A stretch of DNA of 51,891 bases, the filler included, from Stramenopiles sp. TOSAG23-6 (Eukaryota): NCBI GenBank assembly GCA_900128565.1. It is 2 parts of 2 records of this genome, joined end to end, with 100 filler letters (N's around TTAATTAATTAA, not from the genome) between each part and the next. Parts side by side here need not be neighbours in the genome. Positions count along the whole stretch, not along the records: positions 1 to 25,962 come from LT635990.1; 1 more part is not named here. One strand, written 5' to 3'. The position numbers and the translations under genes are program-made. The notes below the pieces were generated by a model. The model was given only the letters and a program-made list of their open reading frames with translations, did no database searches and was not told where the DNA came from. Within the stretch, counting starts at the first letter, position 1, and each line of letters opens with the position of its first letter. Of the stretch, positions 8,884 through 20,083 are shown piece by piece.

Positions 8884-11295
8884 TTAAACAATCACTCTTT
8901 GACTTAATTCAATAGATCCAGTTCTATACAACGTTTTGACACGCCCGTTATCGACATTAATATCATGTTTTTGTTTTTCCTTAGCATATCGCTCTTCATC
9001 GTGAATCTTTGCATTTGTTTTCATCTCCTTCAAAATTCTTTTCATCAAATGTCTTTCTCCAAACCGCATTTCAACGTGAATTCTGCAAGGTTTGACATGA
9101 TCTTCACTGAAATGGCCGAGGTCTACATCTAGCCAGGCCTCATTTGCTTCTCCATTAGGAAAGATATGGTTTCCTTCTACATTTACAACATCGCGAATAT
9201 TAACATTACAAAAACCTATGACCCTATCCAATTCAGTAAGATGACCTTCAACGACATCCATTAGACTAATTTTTATTATATCATTTGGCATTCCTGGTGT
9301 TTCCACATGAAACTTAAATTCATTCTTTTTGGTATACACAGGATGGAGAGTATTGTACATGACTTGCGTCGAATAAGATTGATGATTACATTCAATTAAA
9401 ACGTAAGGATCGCACAAATCATCTGTGGAACCATCGGCAGGAACTCCAGCCACTTCAAGGACCTTTATATATAATCTATAGCTTCCGCGTACTCTGCCAA
9501 TGTGTTTACCTTTGCCACCATCGGTCCATCCTTTCATTAACTTAAATGCAATAAAATCAACAATTATATATACGACAGCTGCTGAAGCAATTGCCGCTAC
9601 AAAGGCAGCGAGAAATGCATCAAGATTAAATGCACCTACTCGACCTGTGACACGAAATATTATACGAATTCCGTGTCGATTGAATACTTCTCGATGTGTA
9701 GATGACTCTGAAACGTGTTGTAATAATTTATACTCCATTTTATTAATCACGTTTGCTGTCATGGTATATCGATAATTATCAAGATTAAATGATCCTCCCA
9801 TATTATTATAATCTAATGTGAGAGACACAATGACACCTGCATGTATTATGGAAAAATATTTTTTTTTCCTGTAAAAATTCGTTAGGTACAAAATTCTCTA
9901 CCAAAAACAACACTTATATTTATGAAAACATACATATCGATTTGTTTCGCCCTGGCTTGATTCCGATTCTGTATCTAGATCTACAGATGCCATTTTCAAA
10001 ATTGTACCAACTGTCAAAATATCCATGAGCTCATTATTTTTGCAACTACAGGACTTTTTACTAGCATCTTTTCCATGTATTATGAAAAATATTTTTTTTT
10101 GATTTTTTTTGTTAGGTATAGAATTTTGTCTTAAAAAAAAAAATGAAATTCAATTTTGAAAATGTACATCTTCATTTGAACAATCTCCTGGAGATTGATC
10201 TATGTATTTTGGAAAAATATTTCAAAAAAAATTGTTAGGTACAAAATTTCCTATAAAAAAAAATAGAATTTGAAAAAAAAATAAAACATACATATGTGAA
10301 TTCTCTTTACAACCTACTGAGATGAAGTGAGGACACTTGTAGTTGTTCTTTGTGTATTGTGAGCATGGATCGATAAAATTGCCCTCAGTGTCTTTGAGGT
10401 ATCCGACCATTTCTCTTTGGTGTTTTTCGACAGACAAATTTTTTGTCCCAAAAATACTTGGAATTTCAGCATGCATAGAATGGTCAATTTTTAATGTAGC
10501 AAACTCAACATTCCTTGCAAAATTAGATTGAAGAATTTCTCCTTTTTTTTTATTTACCCACTCGTTATGACTATCACGAGTTGAAGACTCAGTTGTCAAT
10601 CTGGTACTTATAAAAATTGTATTCAATTCCGATGTGGGATAGACCAATTCAAAAGAGTCATAATTTTCACATGGAAAGACATATCTATATTGTTTCACCC
10701 TATTTTTATAGTCGCTATATGAACCTAATCGAAGACGATCTTGGAGAAACCATTGTCCGGAAATTGTATCACATTTTTCTTTAGTTGTTTGCTGGAGAGC
10801 CACAGAAAGTTCATTAGCAACAATATAGGTAGATTGGTTAGGGAGTGTCCCTGGAGTGGTCTGAATTCGAGTACCATTACCAATTATTCCGAGTGAACCA
10901 CAGGTTTTGCAAGTGTTTGACACTACGCAAAATCCTTTAGGACAACTTGGTTTGCTTAAATTTACAGTTTTTTTATCAGTATCAACGCAGGCTAGAGCGT
11001 CCTTTGAAGGTAAGCAATATTCATACATCACACTTGGCTTGGAAAAATCTGATGAAGCAGCGAATACTCCGGGTCGTACGAAACCCGTGGGTTCTGTGAT
11101 ATACGCATATCCAAACGCACTAAACATTTTCCAGATAAGAAAACTTAGAATACCCAATTGTAATAGTGTATTTAACAAACCTAGCCTCCAATCATTTATG
11201 ACAGCAACACGGGCCGTAGTATATGGGAAATATCGATTGAGGGTACGTGTTGAAGGCATTGCGGTTGTTATCTTATTGTACAACTTTGTCATCAT
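8884..11295 (-). CDS. P2X: P2X purinoceptor-like channel with C-terminal C2 domain; exons 11295-10292, 10201-10168, 10074-9934, 9840-8884
   Basis: N-terminal YTTAR (YxTxK/R) then TM1 (RLGLLNTLLQLGILSFLIW). Ectodomain DILTVGTILKMASVDLD, RYAGVIV, NYRY. Pre-TM2 RHGIRIIFRVTGRVGAFN and TM2 ending VDF. C2 motifs LYIKVLEV, CDPYV, NTLHPVY, DRVIGFCNV. Confidence 0.85.
9841..9933 (-). mobile_element. Element intron, 93 nt, GT...AT
   Basis: cgatAT|GTATGTTTTCA...TACCTAAC...CATAATAC AT|gca. Gives NRY-AGVIV. Confidence 0.85.
10075..10167 (-). mobile_element. Element intron, 93 nt, GT...AT
   Basis: gAT|GTACATTTTCA...TACCTAAC...CATAATAC AT|gga. Confidence 0.85.
10202..10291 (-). mobile_element. Element intron, 90 nt, GT...AT
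   Basis: catAT|GTATGTTTT...TACCTAAC...CAAAATAC AT|a. Removes the stop at 10222. Confidence 0.85.
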
Positions 11296-11567
11296 TTTCG
11301 TGGAGAGTGAATGGTGTTCTGCTTCAATCTTGGTGTTGAAATGAAACAACTCTCTAGTAGAGACGAAGGAGAAAACAAAGCGAAATATTAATATTGTTTT
11401 CGAGGTCACCTCTGGTTATCACGATTTCGATTTGATCTCAAGATGTCGGTCAATCTCAAATCGGACTTTTTCAATGAAAAGCTCCTGACGCTGACAATTC
11501 AAAAATCATATATATAGCAGTGCACTACTCTCTCGCTCCTCTTGAAAAAAGTAAATCGAATGTTTCA

Positions 11568-13228
11568 ATGTTGAGTGGTTTAGATATGAAATTCGAGCGT
11601 ACACAGAATAGCATACCATATTCTTGCAGTACGTTAAACCAGAGTCACATGTACCAGGAGAAGACGCGATCAAAAACGTCTGCATATTTGCCGAAAGTCA
11701 TTCTCATGGGCGTTTTCATTATTGTTTCAATACTATTCTTCATGTTAAAGGTTTTATCCGGTCAGTGGACTATATTTGGTCTAGGTGAATTCCAAAACTG
11801 CTCACAGAGTATCGATAACTTACAAGGTAAATTAGCTAAAGCTAGTGTGAATTATGCAGATTTGCAGAAACGATTCAATCTTTTATTGTATTCAGTTAGA
11901 ACTCATGCTCCTCATATTGAAGATATATACTTGATGAATGCACAAACTTCCGGCGGTAGTGCTTTTAATTACTACAATGCAAATGACCCAAATTCGAGTA
12001 GGCCTAATAATAATCATACATCCCACTTACAGCATATTCAACACCAGTATCAAATGAACTATGCACAGCAAATGCAATATATGCAACAGCTTCGTCAAAA
12101 GCGAATCCATGAGGAACAAATCCATCAACAGCAGAAACAACGGGAGCATCCAAACAACATAACTGAAGAGTCTCCAGAAACTAAAGCATCAAGAATCGAA
12201 AGAGTCAGAGCAATAATTCGAATGCCAGAAACTTTGACTAATGAATGTAAAATTCCTTCGGACTTTGATTGGACATTTTCAACGATTATTGAGGATTTCA
12301 AAGCACAACAGCTACAAGATAAATTCTTACTCACAACATTATTACCAGAGGATAAACAGAGCCATGGAACATTTGTCGAGGTCGGTGCAGGGGATGGAAT
12401 TATTTTATCAAGTACATATTTTCTAGAGAAACATCTTTGCTGGAGGGGAGTTTGTATCGAACCCTCACCTTCAGTGTTTCATCATTTAAAACAAAATCGC
12501 CCAGATTGCATAGCTTTACACGGTTCAATTTGTACGGAAAATAAATCTCGAATATTTATTGAAATCACATCTGAAACTGGGAAATGGACAGGCTTATCTG
12601 GATTCAAAGATAACTTTTCTCCTGCTCATTGGGAAATGGTCAATAAAAGTGTAAATGAAAAATCATATCAAATGGAAGAGATTGAGGTACCATGTATGTT
12701 TTATTTTTTTTTCAATTTCAAATTGTTTTTTTTTCGTACGAAATTTTGTACCTAACAAATTTTTGTTTTTTTTGGAAATATTTTTCCAAAATACATGTCA
12801 TCGTTTGGATACAGTCATGGAACACCTAGGGATGAAACGAGTAAACTACTTAGTTGTTAAGGCTGATGGTAGTGAGTTGCAAGTTCTTCAAACTATGAAC
12901 TTTACTCATGAAACAGATGTAGATGTTGTACAAGTAGAAGTTTTTAATCAAAGTGGATCTAATATTGACGCTATAACAAATTCTATGACAACTCAAGGAT
13001 TTTGGGGTCCTTTCACTATGCCTGTAAATTCTAAAGGTACTACATTAGACTACTTCTTTATTCATCATCAAGGTGTATCTAGACCAATTGTTGAGAAACA
13101 CATTCAGAACAATCAAAGACAACAAACTTATGCCTATCATCAACCACCACCACCACCTCCTCCTCCTCCTCCTCCACCCCCTCATAAACAGCAGCAACAA
13201 CAACAACAACGACGACAACAGCAACAAC

Positions 13229-13260
<32 letters not shown>

Positions 13261-13350
13261 CAAAGTAATCAAACAGCATCAAAAGCTAAAATGTCTGAGT
13301 CGATTTCATCTACTACAGCTCCATCTGATCCAGCATTTTGGTCATATTAA
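11568..13350 (+). CDS. FkbM-family (Methyltransf_21) SAM-dependent methyltransferase, membrane-anchored, poly-P/Q/H tail; exons 11568-12693, 12797-13350
   Basis: GTFVEVGAGDGIILSSTYFLEKHLCWRGVCIEP, a spliced EVPC-HRLD junction, and VNYLVVKADGSELQVL. N-terminal TM segment. Confidence 0.85.
12694..12796 (+). mobile_element. Element intron, 103 nt, GT...AT
   Basis: ccAT|GTATGTTTT...TTCGTACGAA...TACCTAAC...CAAAATAC AT|gt. No AG between the branch motif and the end; the next AG (12812-12813) is out of frame. Confidence 0.9.
13141..13263 (+). repeat. Coding trinucleotide repeats (CCA/CCT/CAA/CAC) encoding poly-Pro, poly-Gln and poly-His
   Basis: Directly visible runs. Confidence 0.9.
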
Positions 13351-13513
13351 TAACTGGAAATATTTGGTAAAAGGCAAATACAAAATTATTTCACTACATA
13401 TTTTATATAAAATTATACAAAAACAAATATTGTTTTTTTCTAAAAATAATGATACTGATCTAATTCTTTTGTTGCCAATATTGCTTGCGAAAGTATTGGG
13501 ACTTGGGCAAAAT

Positions 13514-13580
13514 CGAAATTGAATTTTAAATCTGCTGAATGTCAAAAACCGAAATTGAATTTTAAATCTGCTGAATGTCA
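13514..13580. repeat. Intergenic tandem repeat, period 36 (CGAAATTGAATTTTAAATCTGCTGAATGTCA x2)
   Basis: Identical 31-mers at 13514 and 13550. Confidence 0.9.
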
Positions 13581-13602
13581 CCCCCAATGTTTATTGGAAA
13601 AG

Positions 13603-15595
13603 TTAGATTTCGTCACAATGGAGTCTAAAATCAGTCCAACCATGAATTGGAAAATTTAGTTTTGTTTGTATATAATTATTCACTTCACACATTCCAGCAA
13701 CTTCACTCTTCCTTTCTTGTGTAATGATAGCAGGGAGACAAGACAAACCTAAACTAGCATGTTTTGTAAAAGAATATATCAAATCCGATATTCGTAAGGT
13801 ACAGAAAACAAAAAAATCGTACAAAAATTCGTACCAAAAATAAATAAATTTGAAATTCATGATGAAAACCTACAGCTTCTTCCAAGACATTTATAGCAGC
13901 ATAGATGTAACCACTAGCCCACCAAGCCATGGCATCTAAACGAATTGATGCTAAAATTTGAGAAAGACTTCGGAAACGTTCAAGAACAAACCTACTACTT
14001 GAAATGTCATCCCCAGAGCCTGCTCTTTTTGCACTATCATAATGTACATATTGAAACATTTGTGATTTGTTTATATTTTCGGTAGCTGAGTTCGATGTTG
14101 TATTAAATTCTCTTGATGCCCAATTATTTCGAAACTTATTTGATAATGAATTCCATTTTTTATAGATGGAGCAATCAGTAGATACGGTGTTATTAGGATT
14201 AGAAAATGAGTCACGCAAACAGTTATAATATTTCACTTCATTGTCGAAGCGCTTATTAATCATTTTAGGCGATGAAAGTGCCATAGAGAATAGCTTTTTA
14301 CGCATGTTTTTTGCCTCCACGCTCTTTTCTGCATTCTTTTTACATAAAGTAAAATTATTATCCTTTTTATCTACCTCATTCACAGAAATCTCTCTCGCAC
14401 ATGATTTAGTTTTATTACTATGTGTATTATCAATGTATTCAAATAATACTGCACCTGTGTTTGGGTCAATTTTTCTTGTTTTTACATCATAAAATGAATT
14501 CACAGCGGATTCAATATTTCGGAAAAAAAAAGGACAAACTCCAGAAGTAGGTAACCAAAAACCAGGATAGTTGCGTCCAGGATTAGATGTCCCTGAACTT
14601 CGAAACATAAGTTCTCCATCAAGCATTGCAAATTCTCGACCGGAAAGGACATTTCGATGAGCACCCGAGTCAGTGTATACACTAAAGACATGCGCTTTAC
14701 CGGGTATCAGAACAATACTTTTTTCACCAGTTTGTTTTGAATTTGAAGAAATTTCCTCATAATTTCGACTTTTTTCCTCCTGTTTTTTTTTTTTTTTCTG
14801 TTGTTTTTCGTTGTTTTCAAACATCGTAGTTGTAGAATGAACTATTGGTGAGGCAGAAAAGAAAATTTTATCTTTAGTAACAATAATACGCCCACTCTCG
14901 CTTATGTTTGATCTTGATTCTACATTAGTTTCTACACTCACTGTTGCAATATGATATCCAGCCATGTCAGAAGGTAAAGTCAGATTTAGAGTGCTTTGAA
15001 CTCCAGAAATACAAGTTTTTTGATTCGTTTTTCTAATTCTACCTTTTTTCTCTTCTTGTGGAGGAATATAAGATGTTAGATCTATACATGTAAAAGCTGT
15101 TATAGCATTGTGTGATATTTCATTTTGTGTACTGACATTTTCATTGAATTGAATTTTTTTGATAATTGTCTTGATGGATTCAATCGATGGAAAATAATGA
15201 ACACGGACAGAAACGTTTCCAGGAGATGTTATCCTCTTTGTACTATCTATTATTGAGGCTACCCTTACACCAATGACTCGATTCGAATCGAAATATGGTG
15301 TTTGTACACCATTTTCTATTCTTTCAGAGAGTGCACTCATTTTGGATTGCTCCAATTTTATAGCAGACTCAACACTAGAACAGTCAATATTGGAAACACC
15401 ATTATAAGCACAAAACCGAAGAGCAACTATAAAAGGTGAATCATCTAATGAAAAGACAATCTTCTTTGGGTTGTTACGGTTCCCTTGGTCAGACAAATAT
15501 ACTTGTATTGAAGCAGTCTGGGAACCATCCACAAGTAAGAGTGATGATATAAATATAAGCACTCGAAAAGCAGTAGATGCAAACACTATTCTCAT
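13603..15595 (-). CDS. Hypothetical secreted protein; exons 15595-13874, 13758-13603
   Basis: Signal-peptide-like N-terminus. ORF 13754..15595 joins ORF 13603..13860 (LEEA-ASLGLSC) after intron removal. Confidence 0.75.
13759..13873 (-). mobile_element. Diverged element intron, 115 nt, GT...AT
   Basis: gCT|GTAGGTTTTCATCATGAATTTC...GTACGAA...TACCTTAC...TTACAAAAC AT|gct. Frame restored. Confidence 0.75.
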
Positions 15596-15621
15596 GACGA
15601 AACTAGAAGGTTGCCACCAGC

Positions 15622-15969
15622 CTAAACAAAAATCACGTGCCGCTCAGAGCCATGCGACAATAGTGTGTTTGCGACACACTCTACGATAAATTTACAAGGA
15701 TTTCCACGGTATGAACTAAATAAGGTCAGAGCAGAACGAATCTGAATTTTGCCTTCACAAGGTACTCTCAGTAAAAAGGTTCGAGCGGCAGAATCGAACT
15801 TTACGATGTCTATCGTCCACTGCGATGATCCAACAACACCAAATAATCCACGAGTTGCCTGAACAACAATAGACTTTAGTAGCTTGTAATCAACTTCTAT
15901 CGGTGTTTTGCTCTTAATGGAAAATCGGGCCTTTAGAAAGCAATGCGTAGGTGTTGGGAGATTTACCAT
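15622..15969 (-). CDS. RNase P/MRP subunit, Rpp14/Pop5 family
   Basis: About 115 aa with LFGVVGS, FLLRVP, IRSALTLFSSY and CKFIVECVANTLLS, resembling the Rpp14/Pop5 pattern. First ATG at 15969. Confidence 0.7.
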   Translation of the reverse strand: MVNLPTPTHCFLKARFSIKSKTPIEVDYKLLKSIVVQATRGLFGVVGSSQWTIDIVKFDSAARTFLLRVPCEGKIQIRSALTLFSSYRGNPCKFIVECVANTLLSHGSERHVIFV

Positions 15970-16457
15970 TTTGTGAACACCGTTGTAAGCTGCAAGCCCC
16001 AAGCAAAGAAGAAATATCCGTTAATCGGAAGCACGTGTAAAAGTTAGAATTCGTGATGTTTGTGTCGACTATTATTCAAATGGTAGCAGATCGACCACTC
16101 ATTTCGATACCGTTCGTGTGTCTGTGTGGTTACTAACAACTAAATTGTTATATGTTATTAAGAGAATAAAGAGATTAATCGTTAAGTTAATTAAGTAGAT
16201 TTAGATTATATCGGACGCGATACTTTCTTTATCTGAATTATTACTAACCTAAATTAAGAGAGATAAAGTATCTAAATATCGGATACTGAGATACACGAAA
16301 TATTAACTAATTTTTTTGGGTTTTCGTGTTTTCATTATTACGGTCAACTTGCGGTCAACTTGATGTTTTTTGAATCAACTTCTTGGAAGACGATCTGATC
16401 CATCCATAAAATTCCCACAGTTTGGATTAGGAATTCTCACTCGCAACAGAGACTCCA

Positions 16458-17508
16458 ATGAACCAGCCTTGGTATGTAATTCTTTTACTTTTGACATTGT
16501 CATCCAGCCTTACCTATGTAACATGTCGGGAAATTGGTGGGAAAGTGTTGCTAGAAACAGTCAAAGCAATAACGTTGAAGAAGGGTAAATACACGAACTC
16601 TAGACGAGTCTCGGCAATTCCACAGATAACATGTATAAATGGTTGTCATCTTGCCAGCCCAAATAGAATTCAATGCAAAAACTCAGGTTCGGATGGTGTT
16701 GATATTCAGTGGGAATGTTCTACAGATCTTCCAGCGGGTGTTTCGTTCGAAGCAGTTGAAGTTCTATGCGAAGGTTACGATTATCCGGAAGATGAATATG
16801 TTTTAAAAGGTTCCTGTGGAGTAGAATATTCTTTATCGGGTCATCGCAGCGATAATCATTCCCAACATAGCAGTTGGGGCAATGGCTATGCTGATAGTGA
16901 TCCATATGGTTATTCAAGTTCAGATTATAGCTATGATAGATCAGAGAGTACTTTTAGTTTTTTTCGGTTATTTATTCTTATCGCTATAATTCTTACTGCT
17001 TATTCTTGCTGTTTTAGTGGTGTCAACAATACAACGAATACAGGGCGCGGTGGAGGTCCTGGAGGTGGAGGTGGAGGTGGTGGAAATAATTGGGGAGGTG
17101 GAGGGGGTGGCCCACAAGGTGGAAATCCTCCTGGAGGTAATGACTGTGGACAACAAGGAACGGGTTTTGGAGGCGGTGGATTTTTTCCCGGAGCAGGACT
17201 CGGTGGATTACTTGGCTATGCCTTGGGTCGTGCAACCGGTGGTGGAGGATATGGAGGATACAACAATAGATATCGCCGAAATGGATATGCTGCTGGTGGT
17301 TATAGAAATACAGGTGTACGTTTTCGAAATTGATTTTTTACCTAAATTTATTTTGTACCACATTTCGTACCTAACAAAAAAAAATCAAATGAAATGTTTT
17401 TTCACAATACATGGTGGAGGAATGAGATTCTCGAGTAGAGGTGGATCCTCCTCCAGTGGTGGTGGTACACGTCGTGCTACAGGTTTTGGGGGGACGCGCC
17501 GTCGTTAA
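16458..17508 (+). CDS. SARAF: Store-operated calcium entry-associated regulatory factor (TMEM66); exons 16458-17315, 17413-17508
   Basis: Signal peptide, then TNSRRVSAIPQITC, GSDGVDIQWEC and VLCEGYDYPEDEYVLKGSCGVEYSL, a TM segment and a Gly-rich region. The conserved C-terminus TRRATGFGGTRRR is reached only after intron removal. Confidence 0.93.
17316..17412 (+). mobile_element. Element intron, 97 nt, GT...AT
   Basis: gGT|GTACGTTTTC...TACCTAAC...TTCACAATAC AT|ggt. The five downstream AGs up to 17440 are all out of frame. Confidence 0.9.
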
Positions 17509-17630
17509 CTTAATTGTCATTTGGTTATATAAAGTTTACCACTCTAATTACATACAAAAGCAATAAGAAAAAAAAATCAATTATAAACAGAAGATTAGAC
17601 TTTTTTTTATGTGGGTGTTTTATTTTTTTT

Positions 17631-17867
17631 TTACATACTCTTCTTCATTGCTATTTTCGATCTTGTACATGTTGCAACAGGTTGAATAAAAGTAAAAGTG
17701 TGATCTCCTGAATTCCTAAATGGGTTAGGCGGATGGGCGCCACATCCATCATCAATGCCAGTTCTTGACACGCCGTTTATAAGATGAGTGATTACACCAT
17801 TATCATTAATGAGCAATTTTGGTCTCTCACGTCGGCTAAGTGACCAAGACGAATCATTCCTGTCTTC
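17631..17867 (-). pseudogene. Orphan C-terminal fragment resembling a GH43-like beta-propeller glycoside hydrolase
   Basis: Open frame EDRNDSSWSLSRRERPKLLINDNGVITHLINGVS...DHTFTFIQPV, preceded by TTCAG. There is no room upstream for a full gene. Family assignment is from motif recall only. Confidence 0.45.
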
Positions 17868-18212
17868 CTGAAGGTTATTACTAATTGATTGTTTTCAATA
17901 AAATAAAAGTAAGACTAAAAGGCGAAAAAGATTTTAAGTTATACATTCCTGTTGATGATGTCCCTGGAGTGGGAGATGATTAAATGATTTAGGATTTTTT
18001 TAGAATGATAAAACAATTACAAAAAATAATTCAAATTGAATTTTTATTCTTCCATAATTCGTTTTATTCTCCGAAAGCTAGCCCCAGGGTCAAAAAATGC
18101 GTCAAAAATGTACTTTTGAAACCCTAGTTTTGAACTTTCATCTTGATATCTAGTTTATTTTCAGCAGTAAACTTGAACAGTCAAAAACTCATTACTTGTT
18201 ATCGCTCTCAGC

Positions 18213-19001
18213 TTATTGACCTTTTGTCTCTTCTTGTATAGTATCATCCCCTGATCCAAGCAAGTATTGATCATAGAGTTCGTAGCATTCTTGCGGGCAA
18301 TTTTCAGTATACATCAAACCTGTACCGACGGCACCGGCACCACCGACGGCAAGTAACGCTTGATTATTCGACATACAATAAAGTGCACAAACCGCAACAA
18401 GTCCCAATGCACTATTTAGATATTCACCCTTATTCAACTCTTCAGCTCTCTCCCGTAAGAATCCACCGGCACGTGCAGTTGCTTCGTTTAAACTGCTTAT
18501 GACTCTGGCGCGTGTAGCGCGTTGCGCAGCTTCTGCGTCAGCAGCACGTCTCGTCTCTTCAGCAGCAGCAGCAGCAGCAGCAGCATCAACAGCAGCATTT
18601 CTCGTCTTCTCTTTCTCAACTTCTTGCTTGAGTTGAGCCAAGCCTCTTTTACGAAGACGCTCAATTTCCTGCATGACTTCAGCTTTCTCTTGCTTAAGTT
18701 TTTCTGGATCATAAGATTTTATTCTTTCATTTACGCGTACATCATGCATAAAACTGTCGCGCAAACCGTCGTTGTTGAGCTCTTGTTCAAAGGCAAGATC
18801 AAACTCTTCCTTTTGTTCCTGTACCGTTGGCAGAGGTCCAAGATAGCCATGGGACCACTTTCCGCTTTCTTCCAGATTCGTAATAGACCTTTTGAGCGCC
18901 TTCTGAATACATTTTTCACAACGAGTTTTTTTTAAAAAACCGAACATTCCATGTGTTTGCTGAAAACACACAGCGAAAAGAAGGAGTAGTATCTTATTCA
19001 T
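18213..19001 (-). CDS. Hypothetical secreted or membrane protein with coiled coil and poly-Ala
   Basis: 262-aa ORF with signal peptide MNKILLLLFAVCFQQTHG and hydrophobic C-terminal segments. Confidence 0.75.
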   Translation of the reverse strand: MNKILLLLFAVCFQQTHGMFGFLKKTRCEKCIQKALKRSITNLEESGKWSHGYLGPLPTVQEQKEEFDLAFEQELNNDGLRDSFMHDVRVNERIKSYDPEKLKQEKAEVMQEIERLRKRGLAQLKQEVEKEKTRNAAVDAAAAAAAAEETRRAADAEAAQRATRARVISSLNEATARAGGFLRERAEELNKGEYLNSALGLVAVCALYCMSNNQALLAVGGAGAVGTGLMYTENCPQECYELYDQYLLGSGDDTIQEETKGQ

Positions 19002-19331
19002 TGGAAGTGTTGAAAAAATAAATTGCCTTAACGATTAGGAAGTGAGGAACTGTTGAAGAATTTGCGGCTCTTTTTGCGAGGAACTCAACTCCAGGAACTG
19101 ACGCTGACTTTATATTACTACTATGTGGAATTTCACATATGGAATTTAGGAAATGGGGGGAACAAAACTGTTTTTGTAGGAGATTATCAAATTTTTCAAA
19201 TCGTCCGTTGAATTTTGAATAATTTTGAACTAAAGCTCGTCGTCGTCGATCCATGCATGTCGTATCCATTTTATATAGTGATTGACTTTCAAGTTTATAC
19301 AATTACATTACAACAATACTGAAAACAAAAG

Positions 19332-20027
19332 ATGAAGCTTTTACAAATATCAACATTCGCTTTATCTATTTCTGGAACAGTTGGAGTTGGACACTTCGCC
19401 TACCCTAACTCTTCGCCGACTAAAAATATTTCTCCTCCTTTGAACGTTCCGACTCAAACTATTCGACCTCTGTCCAACGATGATGGTGATTTAATAATAG
19501 AGCCACGAGATTTTGAACAGGAACCAACAGAAAAATGGAACTTTATTCAACCAGAAGTAGTTCAAAAACAACGCGTTGCTCGTACTCTAGAAGAGACAAA
19601 AAAATGGAAACGACCAGAATATACAACTAATTTTGATGAGGAGACAGATCAACTCATGCCTGGCGTGTATAACGTCATCCATTCCGAATTCCGTGCTGAG
19701 TTACCAAATGAAAATGAAATATCGGATGGTCCGGCTACTTTATCTTCTGATATAATACCAGGATCTTTAGCAGACGATAGTGAGAATGATGAGAATGGCG
19801 TGAGTGTTATACCAGACGAGGGAAACTCGAATGATGCTGAAGATGATGAGGATAACGCAAATGATGATCAAGATTCTGATGATGAGGATAAAGGTGAAGA
19901 AGAAGAAACACCGAAAGATGAAGGAGACATTGAGGCAGGAGTGGCCAACACTGATGATGAAGCTGATGAAGATGATGAAGATCACACAAATGATGGAGAA
20001 GAATCCCCAAGATTCAGACACAAATGA
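19332..20027 (+). CDS. Hypothetical secreted acidic (D/E-rich) protein; true end possibly 20079
   Basis: 231-aa ORF with signal-peptide-like start and D/E-rich C-terminal half. Confidence 0.75.
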   Translation: MKLLQISTFALSISGTVGVGHFAYPNSSPTKNISPPLNVPTQTIRPLSNDDGDLIIEPRDFEQEPTEKWNFIQPEVVQKQRVARTLEETKKWKRPEYTTNFDEETDQLMPGVYNVIHSEFRAELPNENEISDGPATLSSDIIPGSLADDSENDENGVSVIPDEGNSNDAEDDEDNANDDQDSDDEDKGEEEETPKDEGDIEAGVANTDDEADEDDEDHTNDGEESPRFRHK

Positions 20028-20083
20028 TAAAGAAGACTCGGAGACTCCACAAGATTCAGACAGAAGTCCAAATAGTTAGGGAA

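Noticed and set aside
12694-12796. Ciliate-IES-like DNA elimination as the removal mechanism
   Set aside because: Strict sense orientation, donor and branch motifs, and GT-AG members favour RNA splicing. It is not formally excluded without reads.
13045-13522. Poly-L, poly-V and poly-N ORFs in alternative frames
   Set aside because: Shadows of the trinucleotide repeats in the FkbM gene tail.
16341-16362. Direct repeat CGGTCAACTTG x2 upstream of SARAF
   Set aside because: A single short duplication with no independent support for function.
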